Shown in pieces: positions 49,420-61,758 of a stretch of DNA of 63,922 nucleotides. The translations under genes and the position numbers were made by a program. Below the pieces are notes generated by a model. That model searched no databases. It was given only the letters and a program-made list of their open reading frames with translations, and was not told where the DNA came from. Origin of the DNA: Octopus sinensis (lineage: Eukaryota); contig NC_043010.1 in the NCBI RefSeq assembly GCF_006345805.1, forward strand, positions 52,948,001 through 53,011,922, given 5' to 3'. Position 1 is the first letter of the stretch; each line of letters starts with the position of its first letter.

Positions 49420-50109
49420 ATCATTGATAAAGAGAAAGAGAGAGAGGAATTCCATTGTTCTTAGATGAAGACGTGGCTTCTTAAAGAATCCTATCAATGT
49501 CAAGTCCGTTCTTCAAATATGCCTCACAGCATTGCAGCATGGAATAGTATTCACGTTGCGTGGATGTATAGAGGTGATATGGTGATATTTTGATGACGGT
49601 GACGGTGGTGTTTGGGCGGAATGGTGAAGTGGTCTGTATCTTCAGGTGCAGGCTGGGCTGGGCTGGCGTTGGATGCTGTGTTTTTGTTATTTAACATTGT
49701 CTGGTTCTAACCTGGCTCTGTACGTGTGTAATGTATGTGTCTGTGTGCGTGTCTGTCTGTGGGATGAGAGGGTGGATATAGAAGCGAATTGGTGTTCTTC
49801 TTGTAGGGATGTACCGCTTGTATGGATGCGGAAGCTGGACAGTTAAACAAACGAAACACAAGAACAATTGACGCGTTCGAAACGGTCGTCTTAAGATGTG
49901 TTTGTTGTTGCTGTTGTTGTTGTCGTTGTTATTGATGGTGGTGGTGGTGGTAGCACTAGTGGTGGTGGTCTTGGCTGGCCCGGTGGTGATATGACGATGT
50001 CGATGTGTTGCTATATAGGATTAGTATTAGTCTAGCCATACTGTATGTGTCATGCAGTGTTCTCAGTGTGTTTGTGTATGATCTGAATCTTGTACTGGTA
50101 ATGACGATA

Positions 50110-50142
<33 letters not shown>

Positions 50143-50169
50143 GTGTGTGTTGTGTGTGTGTGTGTGTGT

Positions 50170-50209
<40 letters not shown>

Positions 50210-50403
50210 TGTGTGTGTGTGTGTATAAGGTTAGCTGAGTCAGAGGTTAAAATAACCATCTAAGGGATAAAAATATCCATTACACCACCGGTATATTACC
50301 TGTACTTAACGTCCCAAAGAGATACGCAAGCAAAATGGTATGATCACAACCATATTCATCTTCTCCCTTATTCTTCTCTATCATCTTCTTTATTTATTCT
50401 TTA

Positions 50404-50511
50404 CTCTGATGAAGCTCCATGTTTCAGATCTATTTTATTACCAAATAGGATAAATATTTTAGCATATCAATGGCAATACCATACAACATTGGAAGCAGAA
50501 ACAGCTGTTAG
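50404..50511 (+). ncRNA. Hammerhead with extended stem II (weak stem I)
   Basis: CTGATGA-agctccatgtt...aacattggaagc-a-GAAAC-agct-GTT; palindromic acagctgt stem III. Confidence 0.6.
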
Positions 50512-50539
50512 ATGAGATGCAGTCTCGCATTTTCTTTTT

Positions 50540-50746
50540 CTCTTTACTTGTTTTGACTGTGGCCATGCTGGAGCACCGCCTTTAGTCGAGCAAATCGACC
50601 CCAGTACTTATTCTTGGTAAGCCTAGTACCTACTCTATCGGTCTGTTTTGCCGAACCGCTAAGTTACGCGGACGTAAACACACCAGTATCGGTTGTCAAG
50701 CGATGTTGTGGGAGGACAAACAGACACACTAACACACACACATATA

Positions 50747-50810
<64 letters not shown>

Positions 50811-51072
50811 TATATATATATATATATAATATATATATATATATAAATATACATATTATATATTATAATATATATATATAATATATATATATATACATAT
50901 ACATATAAACGACTGGTTTTTCAGTTTCCGTCTACCAAATCCACTCTCAAGGCTTTGGTCGGCTCGAGGCTATTGTAGAAGACACTTGCCCAAGGTGCCG
51001 CGCAGTGGGACTGAAGTCGGAACCATGTAGTTGGTAAGCAAGCTACTTACCACACAGCCACTCCTACGCCTA
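50540..51072 (-). mobile_element. Full-length SINE family A with expanded internal (TA)n
   Basis: Tail through head ...gccactcctacgccta. Confidence 0.9.
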
Positions 51073-51166
51073 TTTATATTGAATTAGTAAATAATAATTG
51101 TTGTAAGTCAATTGTTGTTCATCGACATTTCTCCATTTTCTGTCTTCTTTAAATTACTTATATATA

Positions 51167-52793
51167 CAGTTGCGGCCAAAATGTTCAGAACGGCATTGTT
51201 TTCGTCAGAAAAGTAGGTACAATTTTTTATCAAAGTTGTTTTATATTCTATAATTTTCACAGACAATAAATACGATATTATTTGTTATTGTCTGAGATTC
51301 TGGTGTAATGTGAGAGGAAAATACAAAACTTATGGATGATTTAGTGATTTACTGCAAAACCCATACCGGCTAAAATGATCAGAACAGTTGAAAAAAATAA
51401 CAAAATAATCAAAAATGACAGAGAATACCGGAATTATTTAATATTTAGCGTGAAGCCCTTTAGCTTCAATCACACTTTGACATCTTCGACTGTATGAGGA
51501 AACTAAATTTTCAATTTCTTGCTGGGTGATCTTATTCAATTTTCTTCCTGATGGGCATTCCATAATTGCTCGGTTGTTTTAGGATTTCTGGCTTTCGAAC
51601 GTTCTAGAATATTCCACACATTTTCAATAGGATTGAGATCTGGGCTTTGAGCAGGCCAATCCATAACAATAACCTTTTCAGCCTTGAGGAAGTTCATGAC
51701 AACTTTAGCCTTGTGACATAGGGCATTGTCCTGCATGAATATGGGTGGTCGCTTAATTAAATTTCTCAGCACAGGCAAGACATGATCTTTTACAAGTTGT
51801 TTATAAACTCCTGCATTTTACTTTCCATGTAATCGCACCAAAGGGCCCACACCATCTCCAGATATCATCCCCCAAACCATGACACTTCCTCCACCGAATT
51901 TAACACTAGTCTTAAGGCATTTAGTCGACAATTTTTCACTTACTTTTCTACGAACGTACCTTTTCCCATCTGAGCCAAATAGCATAAACTTAGATTCATC
52001 ACTGAAATGCAACGTTTGCCATTTTTCTTGAGACCACAACACATGTTCGGTTGCAAAGGTAAGACGATACTTTTTATTCTTGGAGCTGATCAGTGGCTTC
52101 ACTGCAGGTGATCTTGCTGGTAGGTCATGTTCAACTAAACGACGAGACAGTTTTTCGAGATAAAGTTTTCTTCAGTACAATGCTCATTTCCCGAGAAACA
52201 GCAGCAGCAGTTTTAAATCTGTTCTTTTTAACCAACTTTACCATAGCACGATCTTCTCTCTTGGTCGTTTTTCTTGGCCTACCTGTAGACTTTCTTGCTT
52301 CACACGAACCACAATCATCGTAGACCTTAAGAATACCGTGAACAACACTTTTTGACTTGTTAACAATCTTTGCAATTGACCCAATACTTAAATTATCCTT
52401 CTTTCGAAGCTTAATAATCTGCTGACGAATTGGTAACGGAGTAAGTGGCATTATATAAACAAAGTACACTGCAGATATTCTTACTAATGTTTAGTAAACG
52501 AACCATCAAGTAAACAAATTCAAAACATTAGAGTTCGCCGGTTCAATATACTAAAACACGGAGTAAAAGCAACCGTTCTGATCATTTTGGCCGCCATGGG
52601 TTTTGCAGTAAATCACTAAATCATCCATGACTTTTGTATTATCCTCTCAAATTACACCAAAATCTCAGGCAATAACAAATTATATTGTATTTATTGTCTG
52701 TGAAAATTATAGAATATAAAACAAATTTGATAAACATTTATAGCTACTTTTCTGACGAAAACAATGCCGTTGTGAACATTTTGGCCGCAACTC
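51167..52793 (-). mobile_element. Near-complete Tc1 transposon with long IR/DR-type TIRs
   Basis: TA-cagttgcggccaaaatgttcagaacgg... / ...gaacattttggccgcaact; TIRs about 220 bp, each with an inner copy of the terminal motif (ggctaaaatgatcagaac). Confidence 0.95.
51438..52451 (-). pseudogene. Tc1 transposase DD34E, frameshifted
   Basis: MPLTPLPIRQQII..GRPRKT (paired-like HTH), FSDES, KFGGGSVMVWG, QDNA-34-SPDLNPIE, ends GLHAKY*; split over several frames. Confidence 0.92.
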
Positions 52794-52799
52794 TCTCTC

Positions 52800-52875
<76 letters not shown>

Positions 52876-52973
52876 GTATCTGTATACACACACAAACACA
52901 CGCACACACTCACACACACGCATATATGATCCTCATGATCCCTTAATTAGGTTTATTACAATTACTTAATACT

Positions 52974-53297
52974 TGGTAAGTAGTTTGCTTACCAACTACA
53001 TGGTTCTGGGTTCAATCTCACTGCGTGGCACCTTCACCAAGTGTCTTCTACAATATTCTCGGGCCGAAGAAAGCCTTGTGAGTGGATTTGGTAGACGGAA
53101 ACTGAAAGAAGCCTATCGTATATATATATATATATATATATATTGTAAAAGTTTTTAATTTTCATCTCACTAAATTTATCCAGCTATTGTGTATCTAGTG
53201 CACTCTTCGCCTTGAATGTAATGATATATGTATAATATATGGCGTGTACTGGTACACCGGCGATTATAATTAATTTTATTGTATCGCATTTATCTTT

Positions 53298-53367
<70 letters not shown>

Positions 53368-53371
53368 GTGT

Positions 53372-53408
<37 letters not shown>

Positions 53409-53575
53409 TGTATCTGTGTTTGTCCCCACAACATCGCTTGGCAACCGATCCTGGTGTGTTCACGTCCCCGTAACTTAGCGGTTCGGCAAAACAGACCAAG
53501 AGAATAAGTACTAAGTTTACAAAGAATAAGTCTTGGGGTCGATTTGCTCGACTAAATTACTGAAAGAAGTAAAAG
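52974..53575 (+). mobile_element. SINE family A with an insertion in its central microsatellite
   Basis: Head 52974-53120, unrelated sequence 53145-53300, tail 53405-53575. Confidence 0.8.
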
Positions 53576-53739
53576 AGGCATATATATATATATATATATA
53601 TGTATATATTTGTTCATTTATATACTTACACATACATACACGCAGATATATATATAGTACAGTACACGGCTAGCCAGGCTGTATATGTGATGTGTAGTGA
53701 TGTTGAAGCCTGTTGGGGTGCTGTTGTAGTGGTGCACTT

Positions 53740-54030
53740 GTAGCAAATGGTATGTAATGCGGAAGCAGGACAAACAAGTTAGCAAACAAGCTAGAAGGAC
53801 AATTTTGGTGCATTCGATATGTGGTGCCGGCGAAGATTATTGAGAATATCCAGGATGGAAACTGGGACAAACAGATCAATACTGCAGCAAGTGAAACTTC
53901 AGAGTACTTTGGAAGCATTGATTGTATAACAAAAGATTAAAGTTCTTTGGTCACTTTATGAAGGCGGATAGCATGGACAAGAACTTCATGTTAAGGAAAC
54001 CTGAAGGTTTAGTAAGTAGAAGTAAAGTTC
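53740..54030 (+). pseudogene. Decayed RTE (BovB-like) LINE ORF C-terminal fragment
   Basis: AFDMWCRRRLLRIS..TNRSIL..LEALI..LKFFGHFMK.DSMDKNFML..PEG. Confidence 0.8.
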
Positions 54031-54499
54031 GCTTCTAGAGTTATGCTGACGCATAATGGCAGGATGACTCATTCTTGCCAGCCGAGTGAACTAAAGCAAC
54101 GTGAAATGAAGTGTTTTGCTCAAGAACATAATGCATCGCCCGGCCTAGTAATCGAAACCACAATCTCATGATCATGAGCCCAACCGCTAAGCTACGCGCC
54201 TCCACTAACGTGTAGGTTTAAGAGCAAAAGAGGGAGCCTTAAGTCTGTCCTGCGCTCTAGGATTCTTAAAACCGGAGCATAACTTGGTTTCTATGGAATA
54301 TAAGTGACAGATTACAAAACTAACCCCTGAACGGGACGAAGTTCCGCCGCAGGGTGAACTCCCCGGCTATTTCTTAAACATTATTTACTGCTAAGCATAT
54401 TTCTTTAAATGGCGGTGCCCCAGCATGGCCACAGCGCGTGAACTGAAACTAGATGAAAAAAAAAAGAAAAATATATATATACAGGCGTAGTTGTATGGC

Positions 54500-55583
54500 A
54501 GGCGTAGGCGTGGCTTTGTGGTAAGAAGCTTGCTTCTCAACTGTGTGGTCTTTAATTCAATCCCACTGTGCCGCACCTTGGGCAAGTTTCTTCAATTATA
54601 GTCCCGCACCAAGTAGAGCATTGTGGGTAAATTTGGTAGACAGAAGCTAAGCTGTCGTAATGTATGTATGTATGTATGTAGTATGTATGTATGTATGTAT
54701 GTATGTATGTATGTATGTACGTATGTACGTACGTATGTACTTACGTATGTATGTATGTATGTATGTATGTATGTGGGTATGTGTGTATGTACGTACGTAC
54801 GTATGTATGTTTGTATGTATGTATGTATGTATGTATGTATGTATGTATGTACGTATGTACTTACGTATGTATGTATGTATGTATGTATGTATGTATGTAT
54901 GTATGTATGTACGTATGTACTTACGTATGTATGTATGTATGTATGTATGTATGTATGTATGTACGTATGTATGTATGTACGTACGTACGTATGTATGTAT
55001 GTATGTATGTATGTATGTATGTATGTATGTATGTATGTATGTACGTATGTACTTACGTATGTATGTATGTATGTATGTATGTACGTATGTACGTACGTAC
55101 GTATGTATGTATGTATGTATGTATGTATGTATGTATGTACGTATGTACTTACGTATGTATGTATGTATGTATGTATGTATGTACGTATGTATGTATGTAC
55201 GTACGTATGTATGTATGTATGTATGTATGTATGTATGTATGTATGTATGTATGTATGTTTGTATGTATGTACGTACGTATGTATGTATGTATGTATGTAT
55301 GTATGTATGTACGTACGTACGTACGTACGTACGTACGTATGTATGTATGTATGTATGTATGTATGTATGTATGTATGTATGTATGTGGGTGTGTGTGTGT
55401 ACGTATGTGTATCGTGTCTTTGTGTTTGTGCCCCTAACTTAGCAGTTCGGCAAAAGAGGGCGGTAAAATAAGTACCAGTCTTTAAAATAAATTAAATCCT
55501 GGGGTCGATTTGTTTAACTAAACCCTTCAAGGCAGTGCTCCAGCATGGCTGTAGTCCAGTGACTGAAGCAACTAAAATGTAAA
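54500..55583 (+). mobile_element. SINE family A whose internal microsatellite expanded to about 730 bp of (ATGT/ACGT)n
   Basis: Head 54500-54658, repeat 54660-55385, tail 55415-55583. Confidence 0.85.
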
Positions 55584-55682
55584 GCTGAGTGAACTGGAGG
55601 AATGTGAAATGAAGTGTCTTGCTCAAGAACACAACACATGGCTTGGTTCGGGAATCGAAACCACGACCTTACAATCAACCGT

Positions 55683-55977
55683 TAACCACTAGACCTCGTG
55701 CTCTCACATCCTAACCACTAGACCTCGTGCTCTCACATCCTAACCACTAGACCTCGTGCTCTCACATCCTAACCACTAGACCTCGTGCTCTCACATCCTA
55801 ACCACTAGACCTCGTGCTCTCACATCCTAACCACTAGACCTCGTGCTCTCACATCCTAACCACTAGACCTCGTGCTCTCACATCCTAACCACTAGACCTC
55901 GTGCTCTCACACCCTAACCACTAGACCTCATGCTCTCACATCCTAACCACTAGACCTCCTGCTGTCACATCTTAATC
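55683..55977 (-). repeat. 29-bp minisatellite x10 derived from a SINE A-box
   Basis: (taaccactagacctcgtgctctcacatcc)n, continuing the D-type head at 55585-55700. Confidence 0.9.
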
Positions 55978-56205
55978 TGTTTCTTTATTGCCCACAAGGG
56001 GCTAAACACAGAGGGGACAAACAAGGACAGACAAACGGATTAAGTCGAGTAAATCGTCCCCAGTACGTAACTAGTACTTAATTTATCGACCCCGAAAGGT
56101 TGAAAAGCAAAGTCGACCTCGGCGGAATTTGAACTCAGAACGTAGCGGCAGACGAAGTACGGCTACGCATTTCGCCCGGCGTGCTAACGGTTCTGCCAGC
56201 TCGCC
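55978..56205 (-). mobile_element. Full-length SINE family B with 16-17-bp TSD
   Basis: gctgtcacatcttaatc at 55961-55977 and 56206-56222. Confidence 0.92.
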
Positions 56206-56492
56206 GCTGTCACATCTTAATCACTAGACCTCGTGCTGTCACTCAAAAGCAAGAGAGCGACCACTTTAAGCACGATGGATGCCAGTGTATATGGTTGCCC
56301 TGTGTCAGCCCTGCAATGTGTGCACCCTTCTTCGATTCCTGTAGTGAGACGCTCTTTCAATATTTTTCTCTTCGGCAACATCCTCTAGCCATCGCTCTCA
56401 TTCCACCAGCTAGAAAATGTAGTCAAAAAAATTATAGTTCGCAAGCAAACAAGACGTCTGTAGTTTTAGAATCATTTATATCACCGAATAAT

Positions 56493-56796
56493 GAAGGCGC
56501 GTCACTAAGTGCTTAGGATATTCGGGTCACGATCGTAAGGTCGCGAGTTCGGTACCCGGCGGCATGTTGTGTCCTTCAGCAAGATACTTTATTTCATGTT
56601 GCTCCAGTCCACTCAGCTGGCTAACATGAATAGTACTTCTATTTCAAAGGGCCAGCCTTGTCACAATCTCCCTGAGAGCTACGTTAAGGGAACCAGTTTG
56701 TGGAGTGCTCAGCCACTTGCGCATTAATTTCACGAGCTGTCTGTTCTATTAATTGGATTGACTGGAACCCTTCACGTCGTAAGCGACGGATTACCA
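56493..56796 (+). mobile_element. D-related SINE (degenerate)
   Basis: tRNA head, gttgctccagtccactcagctgg, tail ggaaccc..gtcgtaa.cgacgg. Confidence 0.75.
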
Positions 56797-57322
56797 GATT
56801 AAATTTTTTTTTTAATTTTCATATCACTGAATAAATCTGTTAAACCAGTAAAGAAAGAAATCCATAGATTTATAAATCATTCATATTGAGTAAATCTTAC
56901 TGGCAAAAATTTGAAATATTTCAAGCCAAATCATATGAAAGCCATGACATTAAACAATTTTCTCGCTTACTCTTAACTCATCTGTGTGCTCAGTCCTTCC
57001 TTTTTCCGGGAGATACCAGACACGCTTGCTTACCTTTTTATCATTTCTTAATTGGATTATAAAATTTTCAGGGAGTTCTTTGTAACATACTCAGTTTTAG
57101 CACTTCTAAAGAAAAAAAAATAATAAATAAAAGTCAAAATAATTTTTCGTCAGGCGTGTCATTCAGGAAGTCCCTCGGGCCGCATTTAGCCCATGATTGA
57201 CTCGGAGGACACCTACTCGGCTCGACAGTTCTCGTCTTCATTGTTTCAGGGCACCTTCGTTGTTTTGAAAAAAATAGTTGTAGAGGACTGTATTTTATGT
57301 AACCGTATTTTAAGTACCTAGG

Positions 57323-57425
57323 TCAGTGGTTCTCAACCTAAGTCGTTGTAACCCTTGAGGGGCCACACGAGATTTTTTTGCTAAAATTTTCCTTTCAATA
57401 AATTGCTTATTCTTCTTCAATACAC
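57323..57425. mobile_element. hAT-like terminal fragment
   Basis: cagtggttctcaacc terminus. Confidence 0.45.
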
Positions 57426-57427
57426 CA

Positions 57428-57477
<50 letters not shown>

Positions 57478-57479
<2 letters not shown>

Positions 57480-58044
57480 TTATCATGTACATTGTTTTGT
57501 CTTAGTATAAAAGATGGACTACAGCAAATATTCTACTCAATACCACAGATTTGCTTGTCAGTTGTTTGACCTTAACCAGTTGACCATGTCCCTTAGTGAC
57601 TGACGATATGTGCATCTCTGACCACGAGCAGAAGTAGTGGGGGGAGAATCATAGCCGTGTGTTGAAAGGAATTCTTGGAGGTTTGGATAATTCACCTTAG
57701 GAAACATGGGTGGTTCGTTTAACATCCTTGAACAATCCTTATTCAGGGACCTTTTGAGCGGGATGGGCTACTCGACCAGAAGAAAATTCTAACTGGGCCC
57801 CACCTGCAAGGTCATGTGCTGTTTATCTTGATATGAGATCACCATGTCGCGCACATATGGTTGTGATGCATGTGCCTGGTGTACCTTTATCAGACGGGTA
57901 GTCATGATGGGTATATTGGGCTTCGTATATTTTACCCCAGTGTCACTTTGATGGCATGCACTGCTCTCTCACTCAATAATAATAATAATGATGATGATGA
58001 TGATGATAATAATAATAATAATGATAATAATGACAATAATAATG

Positions 58045-58115
<71 letters not shown>
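57478..58115 (+). mobile_element. About 500-bp retroposon 3' segment embedded in (AAT)n
   Basis: Non-coding block with (AAT)n on both sides and a long (AAT)n tail; resembles TAA-targeting R4/Dong-type ends. Confidence 0.45.
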
Positions 58116-58117
<2 letters not shown>

Positions 58118-58518
58118 TATTCGATCCCAATAGTCTAAACTAGTAATTTTATTGATCGATTCTCACCGAGACTAAAATTTTCATTATGAATGCTTCGGTA
58201 TAGGGTGACTGCAATTGTGCAGTGATGATTGGACAACAAATCTAGCATACATAAAACATTACAGCTTCACGATCTATTGAGCGAAACGTTCCGAATATCA
58301 AAGAAACATATTTTTATTAGCCACATCAATTTCAGTTTTAATGTGAGCAGATTTCTTTGTTTTTTTTTGTTTGTTTGTTTGTTTGTGTGGTCATTTGTTT
58401 TTTTTTTTTTGTTGTTTTTTTTTGCTATCGACAATAAGCGTATTAATATTTATATTTTAAACGAAATAAAATAGCGGGGTAAGTATTTCAGCTATTTTCA
58501 GGGAGTAAATGACGCCGT

Positions 58519-58658
58519 CGCCGTCGAGGTCGACTTTGCCTTTCATCCTTTCGGGGTCGATTAAAAAAGTACCAGTTACGCACTGGGGTCGATGTAATCG
58601 ACTTCATCCGTTTGTTTGTCCTCTCTGTGTTTAGCCCCTTGTGGGTAGTAAAGAAATA
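58519..58658 (+). mobile_element. SINE family B 3' half
   Basis: gaggtcgactttgcctttcatcctttcggggtcga ... gggtagtaaagaaata. Confidence 0.9.
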
Positions 58659-58694
58659 GATATCTATGATTATCTGGCGCTGGCTGTCATCGTC

Positions 58695-59487
58695 TAGTAA
58701 GGGATACCCTGCCCAGGGTTATGGTCCAGGGTTATAAATTAGGTCTTTGGCAGCATGATGCTAAATTTAACAATAGGCATAGGAGTGGCTGTGTGGTAAG
58801 TAGGCTGCTTACGAACTACATGGTTCTGGGTACCTTGGGCAAGTGTCTTCTACTATAGCCTACGGCCGACCAAAGCCTTCTGAATGGATTTTGGCAGACG
58901 GAAACTGAAAGAAGCCCGTGTCTGTGTTTGTCTACCCACCATCACTTGACAACCGATGTTGGTGTGTTTACGTCTCCGTAACCTAGTTGGTCGGCAAAAG
59001 AAACTGATAAAATACGTACTAGGCTTGCAAAGAATAAGGCCTGGGGTCGATTTGTTCGACTAAAGTAGTAAGGTATACCCTGCCCAGGGTTATGGTCCAG
59101 GGTTATAAATTAGGTCTTTGGCAGCATGAAGCTAAATTTAACAATAGGCATAGGAGTGGCTGTGTGGTAAGTAGGTTGCTTACGAACTACATGGGTCTGG
59201 GTACCTTGGGCAAGTGTCTTCTACTATAGCCTACGGCCGACCAAAGCCTTGTCAGTGGATTTGGCAGACGGAAACTGAAAGAAGCCCGAGTCTGTGTTTG
59301 TCTACCCACCATCACTTGACAACCGATGTTGGTGTGTTTACGTCTCCGTAACCTAGTTGGTCGACAAAAGAAACTGATAAAATACGTACTAGGCTTGCAA
59401 AGAATAAGGCCTGGGGTCGATTTGTTCGACTAAAGGCGGTGCTTCAGCGTGGCCACAGTCAAATGATTGAAACAAATAAAAGAATAA
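58695..59487 (+). repeat. About 371-bp tandem duplication of flank plus SINE A
   Basis: 58695-59065 matches 59066-59435 with shared deletions; only the second copy keeps the SINE tail. Confidence 0.9.
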
Positions 59488-59715
59488 AGGAAAATTTAAT
59501 TATTTCATAGTGTGGACGCATGGCCTAATGGTTAGGGTGTTGCGATCACGATCACGAGATAGTGGTTTCAGTTCCTGAGCAAGGCCCTTCATCTTACGTC
59601 ACTCGGCAATGAGCGCGACACCTGACGCATGACACACCGTGCACCTGTTCAGGCAACGTCGATTTGGTGTAGGGCGTGAGCTAATGCACTGCACATACAT
59701 TTGATCACTATAAAC

Positions 59716-59952
59716 CAGTGCTTTTCAAACTTTTTGCTGGAGCGGAACCCCAAGGAAACATTCCACTGGCTCGAGGAGCCCCTGTGCAATAATTTGATAG
59801 TCTTATGCACACATATCTGCACAGGAGAATTAAAAATTACTGCCGATTTTAGCAGTTTTGTAACTTCTTGCAGAGCCCCTGGACTGTACTGGCGGAATCT
59901 TAAGGTTCGGCGGAACCTTAAGGTTCGGCGGAACCCTGGTTGAAAACCACTG
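59716..59952. mobile_element. hAT (Charlie-like) MITE with 8-bp TSD, nested in a D-related SINE (about 59510-60030)
   Basis: ctataaac-cagtgcttttcaa ... ttgaaaaccactg-ctataaac; subterminal gcggaacc repeats. Confidence 0.9.
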
Positions 59953-60215
59953 CTATAAACAAACCATATGTGACGGTCGTTCAGCAAAAAGCTGAACACA
60001 CATACGTTGTCTTCGACGGGTGAGACCATCATACATTACATATATAGTTATTCCACATTACTCCGTAAGGTGCATAAGGTCACTTTGCCGGTTTGTCTGG
60101 TGTATATATATCCCTACCTGGATGGGACGCCGGTCCGTTGCAGGAAATTGTTTTTGCTGTAGTTTCAGCTCATAGCTGCGGCCATGCCGATGCACCACCG
60201 TTAAAAAGTGTTAGC

Positions 60216-60292
60216 GGCCGGCTATGAGACTCGAACTCACACCTCCGTGATTACACGTCGCGGTGCTCTGAATCAGTTAAGCTAAACCACCC
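60216..60292 (-). pseudogene. tRNA-Thr(TGT)-like pseudogene or isolated SINE head
   Basis: tagcttaactga A-box, ccgcga-cgTGTaa-tcacgg anticodon arm, tgagttcgagtctca T arm; imperfect acceptor stem. Confidence 0.55.
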
Positions 60293-60482
60293 ACACCATT
60301 TTTAATTAACCTTTTTTACCAGATGAGTAAACAGGAGCAACATGAAATGAAGTGCTTTGCTCAAGAACACAACACGTCACCCTGTTCAGGAATCGAAACC
60401 ACAATTTTGCGATTGCGAGTCCAACACCCTAACCTCAAAACCATGCATTCAACATATTACATATACAATATATAAATATCAT

Positions 60483-60691
60483 AAGGCAGTGAGCTGGCAG
60501 AAACGTTAGCACGCCGGACGAAATGCTTCGGCTTTTCGTTTGGCTTAACGTTCTGAATTCAAATTCCGCCGAGGTCGCCTTTGCCTTTCATCCTTTCGGG
60601 ATCAGTAAATTAAGTTGCGTACTAGGGTCGATCTAATCGACTGGCACCGCTCCCCCCAAATTCCTGGCCTTGTGCCCAGAGTAAAGAAGAA
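60483..60691 (+). mobile_element. Full-length SINE family B
   Basis: Head to ccttgtgcccagagtaaagaaga tail. Confidence 0.85.
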
Positions 60692-61343
60692 TATATATAT
60701 ATATATAAAATACAAAATACACAATTATATCTTGAGATCGCCAGTAATAACAATACTCAAAATATAAAACAGACTGGAGTTGTAGTGCTCCAAAAGAGCC
60801 ATATTCCACTTCTTAATCTGAGCGGAGGCAATGCGAGCAGTAACTAAAGGAACATTACTAAAATCCACACAGAAAGATCAAATACATACATATATTCATA
60901 TATTCATTTATATCTACAGAACAGATATTAAGTCCGACGTTTAAAAATATAATAATATATATATATAAATAAACATCTTATAATATAAATATAAACATAT
61001 AAGAATCAGTATTGTATACAAAACACAGTGAATTTACGCTTAAAATCATAAAACATTTGGTAAATAAAAAATTTGGGATAATAAAGCATATAAAGGACAT
61101 ATTAAAATGACGAATATATATATATATATAGATATATATATATATATGTTATATTTCGGAATGGTCATATTGCCAGTTTAGCCAATAAAAACACACGCAC
61201 TATATATTTGGTATTTGCTTCAGTGATATTTATTTTTTACATTAATCTTAATCTTATTTCGGCCAAAGTTCTTTCGAAATATAACAATATCTGTTTCAAC
61301 ACACGACTTCACATAAAAAATCTTGCACAACAAATATTTAAAC

Positions 61344-61387
<44 letters not shown>

Positions 61388-61389
<2 letters not shown>

Positions 61390-61724
61390 TTGATGGACTC
61401 CACTACCTCATATGTTCTTAAAATTTAAATCCACATCTTTGTCTATATATCTACTTCTCTATAATGTTGCCACTTGATATGAAAATGTTTGTATTAATGG
61501 AAAACCTCTATAATTGGCTGATGAGTACTCAGCATGTTAAATCTGTTGTAATACTTACAACATTTAATAAAATGATGTAGTACGAAACGATCGTACCAAA
61601 TTACCGGAGTCATTCTTGTTGCTTATTTTGATTATAATCACCCCACGGATTTTTATGGATACAAAATTCTGGTGCATCTAAATTAAGTACCGTATTCATT
61701 TGAATCTAAATTTTTGCTGAACTT

Positions 61725-61726
<2 letters not shown>
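61388..61726 (+). mobile_element. PLE terminal repeat (pLTR) fragment in (TA)n
   Basis: Contains an intact HHR; tail shared with 1764-1913; TA repeats on both sides. Confidence 0.75.
61514..61599 (+). ncRNA. Intact type I hammerhead ribozyme with long stem II
   Basis: ttgg-CTGATGA-gtact...(tgttgtaa/ttacaaca hairpin)...agtac-GAAAC-gatc-GTA-ccaa; predicted cut after 61595. Confidence 0.85.

Positions 61727-61758
<32 letters not shown>

Noticed and set aside
49872-49895. cgaaacggtcgtc resembling an HHR 3' half
   Set aside because: No upstream CUGANGA or stem II.
54623-55471. Three overlapping 250-280-aa MYVC ORFs
   Set aside because: (ATGT)n microsatellite.
55683-55977. CRISPR-like 29-bp repeats
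   Set aside because: No spacers, eukaryotic context, unit derives from a SINE head.
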